A stretch of DNA of 63,999 bases, counting the filler, from Octopus bimaculoides (Eukaryota), in assembly GCF_001194135.2 (NCBI RefSeq). It is 7 parts of 7 records of this genome, joined end to end, with 100 filler letters (N's around TTAATTAATTAA, not from the genome) between each part and the next. Parts side by side here need not be neighbours in the genome. Positions count along the whole stretch, not along the records: positions 30,368 to 61,642 come from NC_068986.1; positions 61,743 to 62,864 come from NC_068992.1; positions 62,965 to 63,999 come from NW_026327840.1; 4 more parts are not named here. The stretch is one strand, 5' to 3'. A model generated the notes under the pieces. The model was not told the origin of the DNA. It ran no database searches and saw nothing but the letters and a program-made list of their open reading frames with translations. How positions within the stretch are numbered: the first letter of the stretch is position 1; every line of letters starts with the position of its first letter. Below are positions 53,181 through 63,999 of the stretch, piece after piece. The translations under genes and the position numbers were made by a program.

Positions 53181-54376
53181 GCAGAAGCTATTCTTCTTCA
53201 ATGCACCAATTCTATTCGTCAATCACACACACACACACCCATTAAGCGCCCGCGCACACACACCTATTACGCGTGCGCACACACACACAAACAAACGCAA
53301 ACACACACACGCATACATATACACGCACGCAGATAGACATAAATATGAGAGGGCTTCCATTGGTCAGGATCGACTACGAATTAGCATATATATGCGCAAA
53401 CTTGGAAGCTTGAGCATCATCTGGTAAAGGTGTGTGTGGGGAGGTGCAGAAGTTAGCCGTTTCCCTTCTACGCACGCAAGTTCCAAGGATAGCAACGGTG
53501 TTATTGCATGCGTTACTGTCACAATGCAAAGAGCCGGCGTAGATACTGCAAAGCACATCACCCGATAGTCAAACAGCTGTTTCAATCACTGCTCTGAATA
53601 GATTCATGATTTTATAGATTTCGAAACGTTTAACGGCAAAGTTGACTTCGGTGTCAGAAATGCTGCAGTCTTCTAATGATTCTGCCGTATAGCATTATAT
53701 ATCAATATATATATATAGGTCAGGCCGAAAATAATGCAGAATTGGAATTGACACATTTATTAACTGAACTAGAATATCCAAATTCTTCAGTCAGGTAGCT
53801 GATAGCGTAACACTTCCTCTATACTAAAACACTAGCAATTTATTCACCATCGTAAGCTATGTATATGCGAAGTCGTTGAATCCGCTCTCAAATAATCTTG
53901 CAAAAAATATGTTACCACTCCTTCATGCCCATTTCCTCCTGGTCTGTCTCATCAAATCGTTGACTCTGGAGACTATGACAGACTCTTCCTTTTTTAGGTG
54001 CCAATGTATGTTTGTACCAAAACAACACATATTTATGCATACACACACACACACACACGCACACACATATATAAATTTATATGCATATATATATATGAGC
54101 CTACATCCATACGTACATGCACGTATATATATGCGCGTGCATATACGTTTGCATATAAAATATTTTTGTACCATGGCATATGCATATTCATGCATAACAA
54201 TTACATGAAATTACACAGTCATACATATGTATATATGTATGTAGGTAGGTAGGTAGGTAGGTAGGTAGGTAGGTAGGTAGGTAGGTTAGTAAGTAGGTAC
54301 ATATGTATGTATTCATGTATGAATGTATGTATGTACATAGCGGCAGCTGAGTTTCGATAAGCTGAGGCATCTATAC

Positions 54377-54570
54377 GGTTGCGAGCTGGCAGAAATGTTA
54401 GTATTTCATGACTTTCCGTTCTGAGTTCAAAATTCCGCCGAGGTCGACTTTGCCTTTCATCCTTTCGGGATCGATAAATTAAGTACCAGCTGTGTACTGG
54501 AGTCGATATAATCGACTGCCCCCTCTCCAAAAATGTTGGGCCTTGTGCCTAGAATAGAAAAAAAAAAAAG
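54377..54570 (+). mobile_element. SINE family B
   Basis: gcgagctggcagaaatgttag..ctgagttcaaaattccgccgaggtcgactttgcctttcatcctttcggg..ggccttgtgcctagaatag plus poly-A. Confidence 0.9.
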
Positions 54571-55981
54571 CTGAGGCTTCACTCAAATTAAGTTGTATTT
54601 CGTTGGAGTTATGTCCCTTTACACTGGGATCTCTCCCAACCGTTCAGCAAATACACCTCACTAGAATGACTGAGTATGAAACAAAGAAATGCAGTCTACA
54701 TATATAAGCGGCTAAAACTTACAACGTGGTGCGCCTGCATGGCTACAGATCGAAGTCTGAAACCAGTAAACGAATAAAAATACAAAATTAATCTTTATGG
54801 ATGTGTTATAAATAAATCTTTAAAAGCTGCAAATATTTTCGTTAGAAAATAATATTAGACTTATTGTAAACTACTGTTGGAGACAAGAAAAAATAGGTAG
54901 GTTTGTTTCTCTTTTCTTTATTCAATCAGAGCTTATAATATTGAAAATAAATCTGTTTATAAATTTAATGTAAATTCAGTAGAAAAGCAAATAATTATTT
55001 GAATAAAACATGTGTGAGTATTATTCTTTAATACATGGTAAACTTATATTTTCAAATATTCCAAGTATTTGTTTCGTGTTTTTACTCTTTTTCCACAGAA
55101 TTCATATAATCTTTATTTTACTACAAACAAAACATTGAAAAGTGAGCGCGCGCGTGTGTTTGTGTGTGCATATGTATGTCTGTGTTAGAAGCTCATTTAT
55201 CTTATGTTGTATATTACATTGGTAACATGCAATATGGTTGGGAATTTAATTATTTTGCAAAATGATCCCAAGTTCGACTCCAATGAACTCTGATATGAAA
55301 ATGAAAGTTATTTTTACGTCTCGGTTCCTATACAGGCAAATTCTTGTTATAACATATATATGTACATATACTCAAAGGGAAATGCAAGACCCTTACATCT
55401 AGGCACAAACTACATCGCAGGTCTCCACGAAGCGAATGCCTATGCTGTGCTAATAACACCAATATAGTGTTCTTCCACTGGTATTTTATTTATCCACTCT
55501 GAACATGTAAACGACAAATTTCGTCTCTGTGAGATTTGAAATAACAGTAAAAACAAGCATCGCATATCATAATATCCGACTGCCTAACCTCATCTAAAAA
55601 TTATATACATATATGTGAGTGCGCCAGTACCGGTGTGTGTATTGTGTGAGCATGTAGGTGCGCGCGTGCTTGCGGTTATTTGAATTTGCAAATCTTGGAA
55701 ACCACTACACATAGGTTCCATTGTAAAGCAAGGCAATCTCCCCGACCCTGCCAATAATTGTTCTACTTCAGTTATTCTAATATCTTTAAGATTATGGTAT
55801 CAGTCATTAACGTTCTCCAAAGCCTTGAAACATTTCGAATCTCCCTTCCCGCTTACTGATCACCAGTATGATTACCGTAAAGTCAGATTCACTGGTGACG
55901 TAGGTCGCCAACCGACAGTAAATTACACTTCCCTTCATTTGATAGATTTGTATTTAGCGTACAAATCTCCTAACGAAAGAT

Positions 55982-56088
55982 CTGGACAACAGGCAGAAGT
56001 CACTTGTCCAACGTATCTCGCAGTGGGACTGAACCCGGAATCATGTGATTGGCCAGCAAGCTCCTTACCACACAGCCACTCCTGCGCC
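55982..56088 (-). mobile_element. SINE family A head
   Basis: Reverse complement: ggcgcaggagtggctgtgtggtaaggagcttgc..ccgggttcagtcccactgcg. Confidence 0.85.
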
Positions 56089-56094
56089 TATAAA

Positions 56095-56845
56095 TAAGTG
56101 TTCCAAGTCTTAGTGACGAGTAGAAAGAAGCAATATTTGATGGACCTCAAACGAGAACACTCCTCAGGCATCCGCATTTTGCTACAACAATGAGTTTGGC
56201 CTTCCCTGATGCAGTGCGGAATTTCCTGAGGAACAGGAAAGCTGAATACTATCAAGAGATTCTGGAGGAGCTTCTCTTGAGTTTGCAAGCACTCGGATGA
56301 AGAATGAGCATTAAATGTCACTACTTATACAGTCATTTGGATGAGTTTCTAGAGACCCTGGGTGATGTTAGCGAAGAACAAGGTGAACACTTTTATCAAG
56401 ACCTAAAAGTAATGGAAGAACGCCACAAAAGCCAATGGGCCTCAAACATGATGGCAGATTCCTGCTGGTGCTTGATGGGAGACATCCCAGAGGCTGTGTA
56501 CAATAGATCGTCAAAAAAAGTGGAAGTTTTTGCATTAATAATGGCCACAATGAACTGAGGTTTTGTTATCACCAAGCTTAATTCTTACATCCTAATGTGC
56601 CTTTACTCCCACAACTTTGTGTTGTGATTTATTAGATTAAAATAAGACATATCGTCTATTAAAAATTACATATATGTAGGTTTAATTAATCATTTATGAG
56701 CATTAAATAGCTGTTTTAGCAAAATTAAAACACCTTTATATCTCAAAAATCTGATGCGATAGACAAAATTTGATACTAGATTTGGATTCAACAGCCCGAA
56801 ATCAAAAGCCATTGATAGACCTTATGCCTGAACATAGGTGTTGAC
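56095..56845 (+). mobile_element. DNA transposon 3' fragment, probably CMC/Chapaev-type
   Basis: EAIFDGPQTR..NFLRNRKAEYYQEILEELL..LG*RMSIKCHYLYSHLDEFLETLGDVSEEQGEHFYQDLKVMEERH..MMADSCW (56095-56520) matches a widespread transposase C-terminal motif (HSHLD.FP.NLG.VS.EQGERFHQD). Superfamily assignment is from memory. Confidence 0.75.
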
Positions 56846-57229
56846 GAGTGTTATTTTCTTGCCGGTATGTCCTAAAACACTCGTTGTTACGCAAATTACA
56901 CTTCCCTTCATTCATTCCTAACATTTTACAATTTCACCATCCGCGACACAACATTTTCAACAATTCTACAACTCGCATCCTACATTTGAAATGCAAAACA
57001 TGTGTGAAGTTCATGAACAGAGAATTCGCACGGATCGTCCAATTGGGGTCGGGCAATCTTGTGTCTTTCAATAGCAAATGAACAGAAGCATTACTCATAT
57101 CATGAAAACTTCATCGCAGCACATCGCTCTTAAACAAAGGCAACACTCAACTGGAAACCTCACAGTCTCTCCAATTGTTGGATCTTACTATGCTCTGACA
57201 TATTTTCTGGCGAAAGTATATATAAATAT

Positions 57230-57292
<63 letters not shown>

Positions 57293-58081
57293 AAATAAAG
57301 TGTTACTCAGTAAAGTGTTAAAAGCTTATATGTAAATGTGTAATTCAAGTTCTTTGAAGCTACCAGATTTGATGTGCATATAAAGGATTAACTAGTTATG
57401 TGTGTATGTCTGTGTGAATGGGTATGAAGAAATTCATACATAAATATATGTGGGTAATACATATATAAAAAGATAGTAGACGGATATAGATATATGGTTG
57501 TATACGTATTATATTTGACAAGGTTGCCCAATATATCCAACAATGTTTTCAGACGTTTCGCTTTGATATGAGGTGTTGTTTGCTTGCTATTTCTAGCAGG
57601 AAAAGCGCGTAGGTAGAGGAATTAGTTCATAGAATATCGGTATTTACTGTCACGTATATCCTTTAAACTTTCGTATATAAAAATGGTATTATCTTACACA
57701 GAATTTACGTTCTGGATATGATACTGTATTTTTAGAATGAATGTGGAATTAGCTTGGTAATATTGCTCTGAGGTATCATGAAATATTTATGAATAAGTAA
57801 ATCATAAAACAAGGTAATCAGACGAGAAACGTGATACAGAGTAAAGATCTAAATTGTTATATACGTATAGATGTATTGCGTATAAATTACATACATACAA
57901 GCATTTGTATGTATATACATACAAATATATAGAAATAGACATACACACACAAACACACACATGCATACGTAATATACATATATATATATAAATAGTTATA
58001 CACACACACACACACACATACACACACACACACTCTCTCACACACACACACACACTCTCTCTCTCACACACACACACACAT

Positions 58082-58115
<34 letters not shown>

Positions 58116-58288
58116 GTAAAGCGATAACCTCGTGATTAGTTGCCATTTCTTCCAATATCCGACATCAACGTGTCTTTTCCACGTACTATGAAATTTGACT
58201 GAAATTTGCTGTGCTCATGTTCAATTTTCTGGACGATAACGTAATGCCATGTTGAATACGTAAATACAAGCAGTAAATATTTACCAAC

Positions 58289-58635
58289 ACTAACATACTC
58301 TCACACAGTATGAGGATTGTAACAAAAGTAATACAAACGTATCCATACCTTTTTGGTTATTTCACAAATGTAGTTCAAATTACACATGTTGGTATAGTAA
58401 CTCTTGACGTTGTGTCCATCACCAACCATGAATTTGCCACTTCACTGAGCCCCTATTTGAATCCTCGTTGAAAAAAAACTCAGAATGCACCTCCTCTTTA
58501 CAGCCATTTAAACCCTATCTACGTCATTAAATCGTTGTTTAAAAAACTGATCATGATCACTCCGCAAAGATGGAAGTCGGTGAGTTCCAGATCCGAGATA
58601 TACAGCGAATAAGAGTACTAGTGACCAACCCAACT
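58289..58635 (-). mobile_element. Mariner transposon 3' fragment
   Basis: Minus-strand YISDLELTDFHLCG (YSPDLAPSDFHLF-like); TIR-like tatgaggattgtaacaaaagtaat at ~58289. Confidence 0.6.
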
Positions 58636-59442
58636 TGCTGATTGTCTGATTTGTTAATAAAAGTCTATGAGGTGGCCTATTGTTATGTTGAATGTGGGTC
58701 GTTTTCAGAATCTTGTTCGCTCTCTTTCTCCTTATAACTTTTCAAAGCTTTTTTGAGTCTCAGTGTACCACTTGTTCTTCAAGCAATAGCTATGTTCCAG
58801 ATAATCAAGAACACTGACGCCCTTCTCTTTGTAAAGAATAGACGCCTGATTTAAAATACCGTTCTTTACCTCTTGAACGTCTTAGGATTGGAGAAGAGAT
58901 GTGACCCCGTATACATGTGTCTCTGGATCTATGTTTACATGTAAATATATCAGTACCGTAATTGTTTCATCTAATATCGTTATACTTATTCAAGCTACTA
59001 AACAATCATGATCTTTTGAAAGAAACGAACTCTCAGTATAAAAAGTACATACTGTGTCATCATCTTTAGCTGAGGACAGAACCATGGTAAAAGTAAAATG
59101 TAATTAAAAATATTTATAACACTTAGAATGAGAAAAAAGGAGAGGAAGGAGGACTCAAATTCATGGCTTATTTAATCAAAATCGGATCCAAACAGCTTTA
59201 CAGAATGAAAATTTCAAATCATTAAAAAATCAACAATATTTAAGATAACCCTAATGACCCTTATATGACATGGCTAAAATATCTTTGGAGACATTTCACA
59301 TTTTCATTGTCTTTTTCCTACCTTTTCACAATTTCTACGTTTTTTTCTCTCTGGAACTCTAATTATAATTTGCCGTACCCTCTTCTTTTACTAATTGCCA
59401 CATATTTTTAATTCCTATTGAATCTATTTTACATTTTATCTT

Positions 59443-59793
59443 TTTATCTTTTTTGTTTTTCAGTCACTGGATTATGGCCATGCTGGGGCACGACCATGAA
59501 TGATTTAGTCGAACAATACTCATTTTTCTAAGCCTGCTAATTATTCTATCCGCCTTGTTTGCCGAACCGTTAATTCAGAGATATAAACAAACCAGCACCG
59601 ATCGACAGGTGGGTACCGACAAACACAAATACAAAGATATATACATATACATATATACGACGAGCTTCTATACAGTTTCTATCAACCAAATTCAGTCTGA
59701 CATTGTTTGAACCGGGGCTGCCGTAGAACGAACTTGTCACTCAGTGGGAAGGAACCCAAACTCACTCGATTACAAAACGAGCTGTTTAACTAC
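59443..59793 (-). mobile_element. SINE family A, full length, old
   Basis: The reverse complement has the head (gggttccttcccactg), gaaactgtatagaagctcgtcgtatatatg, the body and the tail ggtcgtgccccagcatggccataatccagtgactgaaaaac. Confidence 0.8.
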
Positions 59794-61040
59794 ATATTTT
59801 AACATTTCTTTTCCCTTTCGCGTCTCTTCACTTATTCTTTATAAACTATTACTAATATAAAACTAGCATTGTGTTTGTAGCTCTTCATATTTCCTTCCTC
59901 TGTAGTTCATTTACAAGTTTCCTACATTAATCAATGATCAAAACATAAAACAAAATTGTATTTCTCCCTCTTATCGATCAGTTCATTTGTAAGTTTATTT
60001 CAAATTATGAATTGGTTACTCATTCAATTGAAACACCAATAGAGCCGATGTGGAAAGGACTCCTGATGCGGGTACTCGACCTAGAAGAATTTACAGCTAA
60101 TTCACCTTCAAATCATAATCAACTGTTTCTAGAACGATTGAAACGCATTTGATATCATAATCTTAAGTTCTCAATGAGAAAAAGAGTAGTTCGCTGCGGC
60201 GGTTAGACTGCTTTTCATTATAGTTTTTTTCTAAATAAGTGCTGTTCGCGCATTAAACTAGAGAGAAAAAGCAATACAGATGAGGTCTAACAGTTACAGA
60301 AGGAGCTTCAATTAATGAAAAATAGCAGCCAAATCTACGTTAAATCACACTCCTCACGTCTGAAATTGGACAGGTAGTCTACATAATATTGTCTTAGATA
60401 TATTTCTACTGGCAACGAGATTGAATTACTGGGTGCGGAATGCTTCTGTTTATATTTCTTCTCTATCAGGTTTGGGTAAGAGAGAACAACACCAACCAGG
60501 ATACGACAGAAAAAAAACAGGAAAAATTCCTATATGATTAATTAAAATCTAAACAAGAAAGAAGAAGAAGAAGAAGAAGAAGAAGAAGAAGAAGAAGAAG
60601 AAGAAGAAGAAGAAGAAGAAGAAGAAGAAGAAGAAGAAGAAGAAGAAGAAGAAGAAGAAGAAGAAGAANNNNNNNNNNNNNNNNNNNNNNNNNNNNNNNN
60701 NNNNNNNNNNNNNNNNNNNNNNNNNNNNNNNNNNNNNNNNNNNNNNNNNNNNNNNNNNNNNNNNNNNNNNNNNNNNNNNNNNNNNNNNNNNNNNNNNNNN
60801 NNNNNNNNNNNNNNNNNNNNNNNNNNNNNNNNNNNNNNNNNNNNNNNNNNNNNNNNNNNNNNNNNNNNNNNNNNNNNNNNNNNNNNNNNNNNNNNNNNNN
60901 NNNNNNNNNNNNNNNNNNNNNNNNNNNNNNNNNNNNNNNNNNNNNNNNNNNNNNNNNNNNNNNNNNNNNNNNNNNNNNNNNNNNNNNNNNNNNNNNNNNN
61001 NNNNNNNNNNNNNNNNNNNNNNNNNNNNNNNNNNNNNNNN

Positions 61041-61193
61041 ATGTACGAAAAAACAACAGACGAGGACAGGTGGTGTAAACAACAAAAGGATGTATTAGTA
61101 TGACGCTCGGGAATACGGAAAGTCTTTAATGTTTCGAGCTACGCTCTTCAACAGAAAGAATACGGAGACAAGGAGAAAAAACACGGAGAAAAA
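61041..61193 (-). repeat. PLE-terminal-repeat-like unit with hammerhead-like motif (61123-61159), copy 1
   Basis: Reverse complement of 63726-63868 with about 5 substitutions. Confidence 0.85.
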
Positions 61194-61194
61194 T

Positions 61195-61537
61195 GCATGG
61201 CTGCGTGGTTCCAGGTTCAATCCACTGCGTGGCAACTTGCTACTACAGCCTCGGGCCGACCAAAGCCTTTTGAGTGGATTTGGTGGACGGAAACTGAAAG
61301 AAGCCCGTCGTACATATATACATGGATATATTTCTGTCTGTGTTTGGCCCCACAGCCACTATCAATGGATTGCCTATGTTGGTGTGTTTACGTCCACGTA
61401 ACTTAGTGGTTCGGCAAAAGTGACCGATAGAATAAGTACTAGGCTTACAAAGAATAAGTCCTGAAGTCGATTTGCTCGACTTAAGGCTGTTTTCCAGCAT
61501 GGCCACAGTCAAATGACGGAAACAAGTAACAGAATAC
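61195..61537 (+). mobile_element. SINE family A (head partly deleted)
   Basis: ggttccaggttcaatccactgcgtggc..gacggaaactgaaagaagcccgtcg..aataagtactaggcttacaaagaataagtcc..ccagcatggccacagtcaaatgacggaaacaag. Confidence 0.9.
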
Positions 61538-61744
61538 AGATATACATTTCTGTGTGTATATATAGAGAGACAAATAAGTAATTTCTATGCATTTTAGGCA
61601 CCCACACTTACACACAAGCACACATACGTGTATGTACATATANNNNNNNNNNNNNNNNNNNNNNNNNNNNNNNNNNNNNNNNNNNNTTAATTAATTAANN
61701 NNNNNNNNNNNNNNNNNNNNNNNNNNNNNNNNNNNNNNNNNNGG

Positions 61745-62057
61745 TACGGTGGTATTTTACCGGAAAGGTTTGGGCGTAGAGATAAAGACAATCTTTGTGG
61801 ACCTAGAGGGTAAGCTGGTCATCTTAGATGTGACGCATAGCAGCGGTGGTGCCTTCAGACTTATAGCTGTCTATGCACCGAACGACACTGGACAGTCTCA
61901 GTATTTCAGACGCTTAGAGGCTTTGCTCGGCACGTCACGCACTTTAGTACTAGTAGGAGACATTAACACTATCTTAGATGTACGTGTGGATAGTGTTGGC
62001 TCGAATATAAATAGAAAAGGGAATGCATGCCTCGCAAACCTGCTCAGACGTTTCCAG
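61745..62057 (+). mobile_element. L1/Tx1-type LINE AP-endonuclease fragment
   Basis: ORF 61749-62072: DLEGKLVILDV..FRLIAVYAPND..LVLVGDINTILD (APE motifs VYAP and GDFN-like). Confidence 0.85.
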
Positions 62058-62071
62058 TGGTTTGGGTGTTG

Positions 62072-62317
62072 ACTGTACTTTTGTGATCCAATCTAACAAT
62101 TCGCGTAAGAGTCCGACGGTCCCTATCTGAAAGTTTTGGTTTTCTTCCAGAGTTTTGTTTTGACGAGAAGGTTTTATCCCTCTTTGTCAAAGGCTGTCAA
62201 TACTTTCAAGGCGGTATTTCTTGATACACCAAACATTTCGGCTGTTTTCGTTACGCTAGCGCCTGCCATACGAGCACCAACAATTTAACCTCTTTGGAAG
62301 TCCTCTAGATATGTCAT
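62072..62317 (-). mobile_element. Tc1-like transposase N-terminal (paired-like HTH) fragment
   Basis: MTYLEDFQRG*IVGARMAGASVTKTAEMFGVSRNTALKVLTAF..(fs)KQNSGRKPKLSDRDRRTLTRIVRLDHKST. Confidence 0.85.
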
Positions 62318-62499
62318 TTTAATGAATTTTAATTACTTTTTCTGATGATATCTGAAAAAAAACCAGCAATTTTAGCAAAACATATTAAGCAACACTAATA
62401 ATAAAGAAAAAAAAAGAAAAAATAAACAAGCTTTTGACAGTTCTATATTGGGTTGTCCGGAAAGTTCGTACCAATGTATAGTAGCTTACCTTTCGACTT

Positions 62500-62771
62500 A
62501 TTGCATTGCAGACCATGAGTACACCTTTAAGAGTAGAGGTAAGTGTAACAGTACTAGTCAAAGTAAACTAATTTGGAAAATAAAGGATAGTAAAAAATTA
62601 TTCAAAATAAATTGGAAAATAATTAGTCATGCTAGATCGTACAAAATTAATGATGCTAGATGCAACCAATGTATAGATGAGTTATATCACATATTAGCGT
62701 CTAAGAAGAAATTGCTTAATGAAAGACTTGAGAGTGTTCTGTCTTGCACACACTATTTTAAATGTGTTTAG
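62500..62771 (+). mobile_element. Penelope-like GIY-YIG endonuclease C-terminal fragment
   Basis: HEYTFKSRGKCNSTSQSKLIWKIKDSKKLFKINWKIISHARSYKINDARCNQCIDELYHIL..LLNERLE; homologous in motif pattern to 14570-14800. Confidence 0.8.
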
Positions 62772-62819
62772 GAAAATTTTACTAAGTGTATATATTTATA
62801 CTCGTATGTGCCATTTATA

Positions 62820-62864
<45 letters not shown>

Positions 62865-62964
62865 NNNNNNNNNNNNNNNNNNNNNNNNNNNNNNNNNNNN
62901 NNNNNNNNTTAATTAATTAANNNNNNNNNNNNNNNNNNNNNNNNNNNNNNNNNNNNNNNNNNNN

Positions 62965-63303
62965 CATCATCATCATCGTCATCATCGTCATCATCATCAT
63001 CATCATCGTAATCATCGTAATTATCGTCATCGTCATCATCATCATCATCTTCATCATCATCATCATCATCATCATCATTATCATCATCATCGTCATCATC
63101 ATCATCATCATCATCATCGTCATCATCATCATCATCATCATCATCATTTATTTCACAATAAACGTCANNNNNNNNNNATCATCGTCATCATCATCATCAT
63201 CATCTTCATCATCATCATCATCATCATCATCATTATCATCATCATCGTCATCATCATCATCATCATCATCATCGTCATCATCATCATCATCATCATCATC
63301 ATT
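62965..63303 (+). repeat. (CAT)n microsatellite with a duplicated junction across a 10-N gap
   Basis: atttatttcacaataaacgtca occurs at ~63146-63167 and again at 63301-63322. Confidence 0.9.
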
Positions 63304-63725
63304 TATTTCACAATAAACGTCAAAATCCTCCAATAAACAGGGGATAAATCCTTTGCCCCACCTTCCTAATTTCTGGGACACAGATAACAAACCCATATAA
63401 ACAAACAAACAAATAAATAGACACAGGAAACAAAACAAAAAACAAACAAACATTGCTTTATTATCGTCTGATCCTTGCTGTCAGTTTGACAAACATTCCG
63501 ATAATTACCTCCATTCTTCTCTTCTATTAAACAACACACATACATCCACACACGTATACGAGGACAAACACACACACGCGCGCGCGCGCGCGCGCGCAAA
63601 TAAACATAAACATATACACACATAGATAGAGCGAGACGCACCTCTATCAACATGTATGTATGTATGTATATATGTATGTGTGTATATGTGTGTGCGTATT
63701 TGACCGTTGACTGAACACTATTCAA

Positions 63726-63882
63726 TTTTTTTCTCCGTGTTTTTCTCCTTGTCTCCGTATTCTTTCTGTTGAAGAGCGTAGCTCGAAACGTCAAAGACTT
63801 TCCGTATTCCCGAGCGTCATACTAATATATACTTTTGTTATTTACACCACCTGTCCTCGTCTGTTGTTATTATTTGTATATT
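63726..63882 (+). repeat. PLE-terminal-repeat-like unit with hammerhead-like motif, copy 2
   Basis: Inverted copy of 61041-61193. Confidence 0.85.
63761..63797 (+). ncRNA. Candidate minimal type I hammerhead ribozyme
   Basis: Stem I UCUUU/AAAGA; core CUGUUGA (canonical CUGANGA); stem II GAG-cguag-CUC preceded by an extra A; GAAAC; loop-less palindromic stem III ACGU; putative cleavage triplet GUC (63790-63792). Confidence 0.55.
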
Positions 63883-63999
63883 CTCCCATATATATATATA
63901 TATATATATACACATACGTACACACGCGTACGTACATATATACATATATAGGTAAATAGATACATATGTACATATGCATATACATACATGCACACACAC

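Overview
Eukaryotic draft-assembly sequence: AT-rich, about 10% N gaps, saturated with di-, tri- and tetranucleotide microsatellites. The two dominant tRNA-like SINE families and the repeat landscape suggest an octopus genome (inference, no database search). No host protein-coding gene can be confidently supported, and almost all ORFs in the track are microsatellite or gap artefacts. The window is mostly decayed mobile elements. DNA transposons: mariner, Tc1, a hAT MITE and a probable Chapaev fragment. Non-LTR retroelements: CR1/L2-type, L1/Tx1-type and an R2-group (HERO-like) fragment. There are also three Penelope-like element (PLE) fragments and many SINEs. Best leads: (1) an inverted pair of ~150-bp repeats each carrying a minimal type I hammerhead-ribozyme fold with a shared non-canonical core; (2) a nearly intact LINE 3' end whose 3' UTR matches the tail of the main SINE family, i.e. 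a candidate SINE/partner-LINE pair; (3) a perfect 28-bp inverted repeat enclosing a multi-hairpin core; (4) a dense promoter-like motif cluster at 3.7-3.9 kb; (5) an AT-rich ORF with an in-frame 23-aa repeat.
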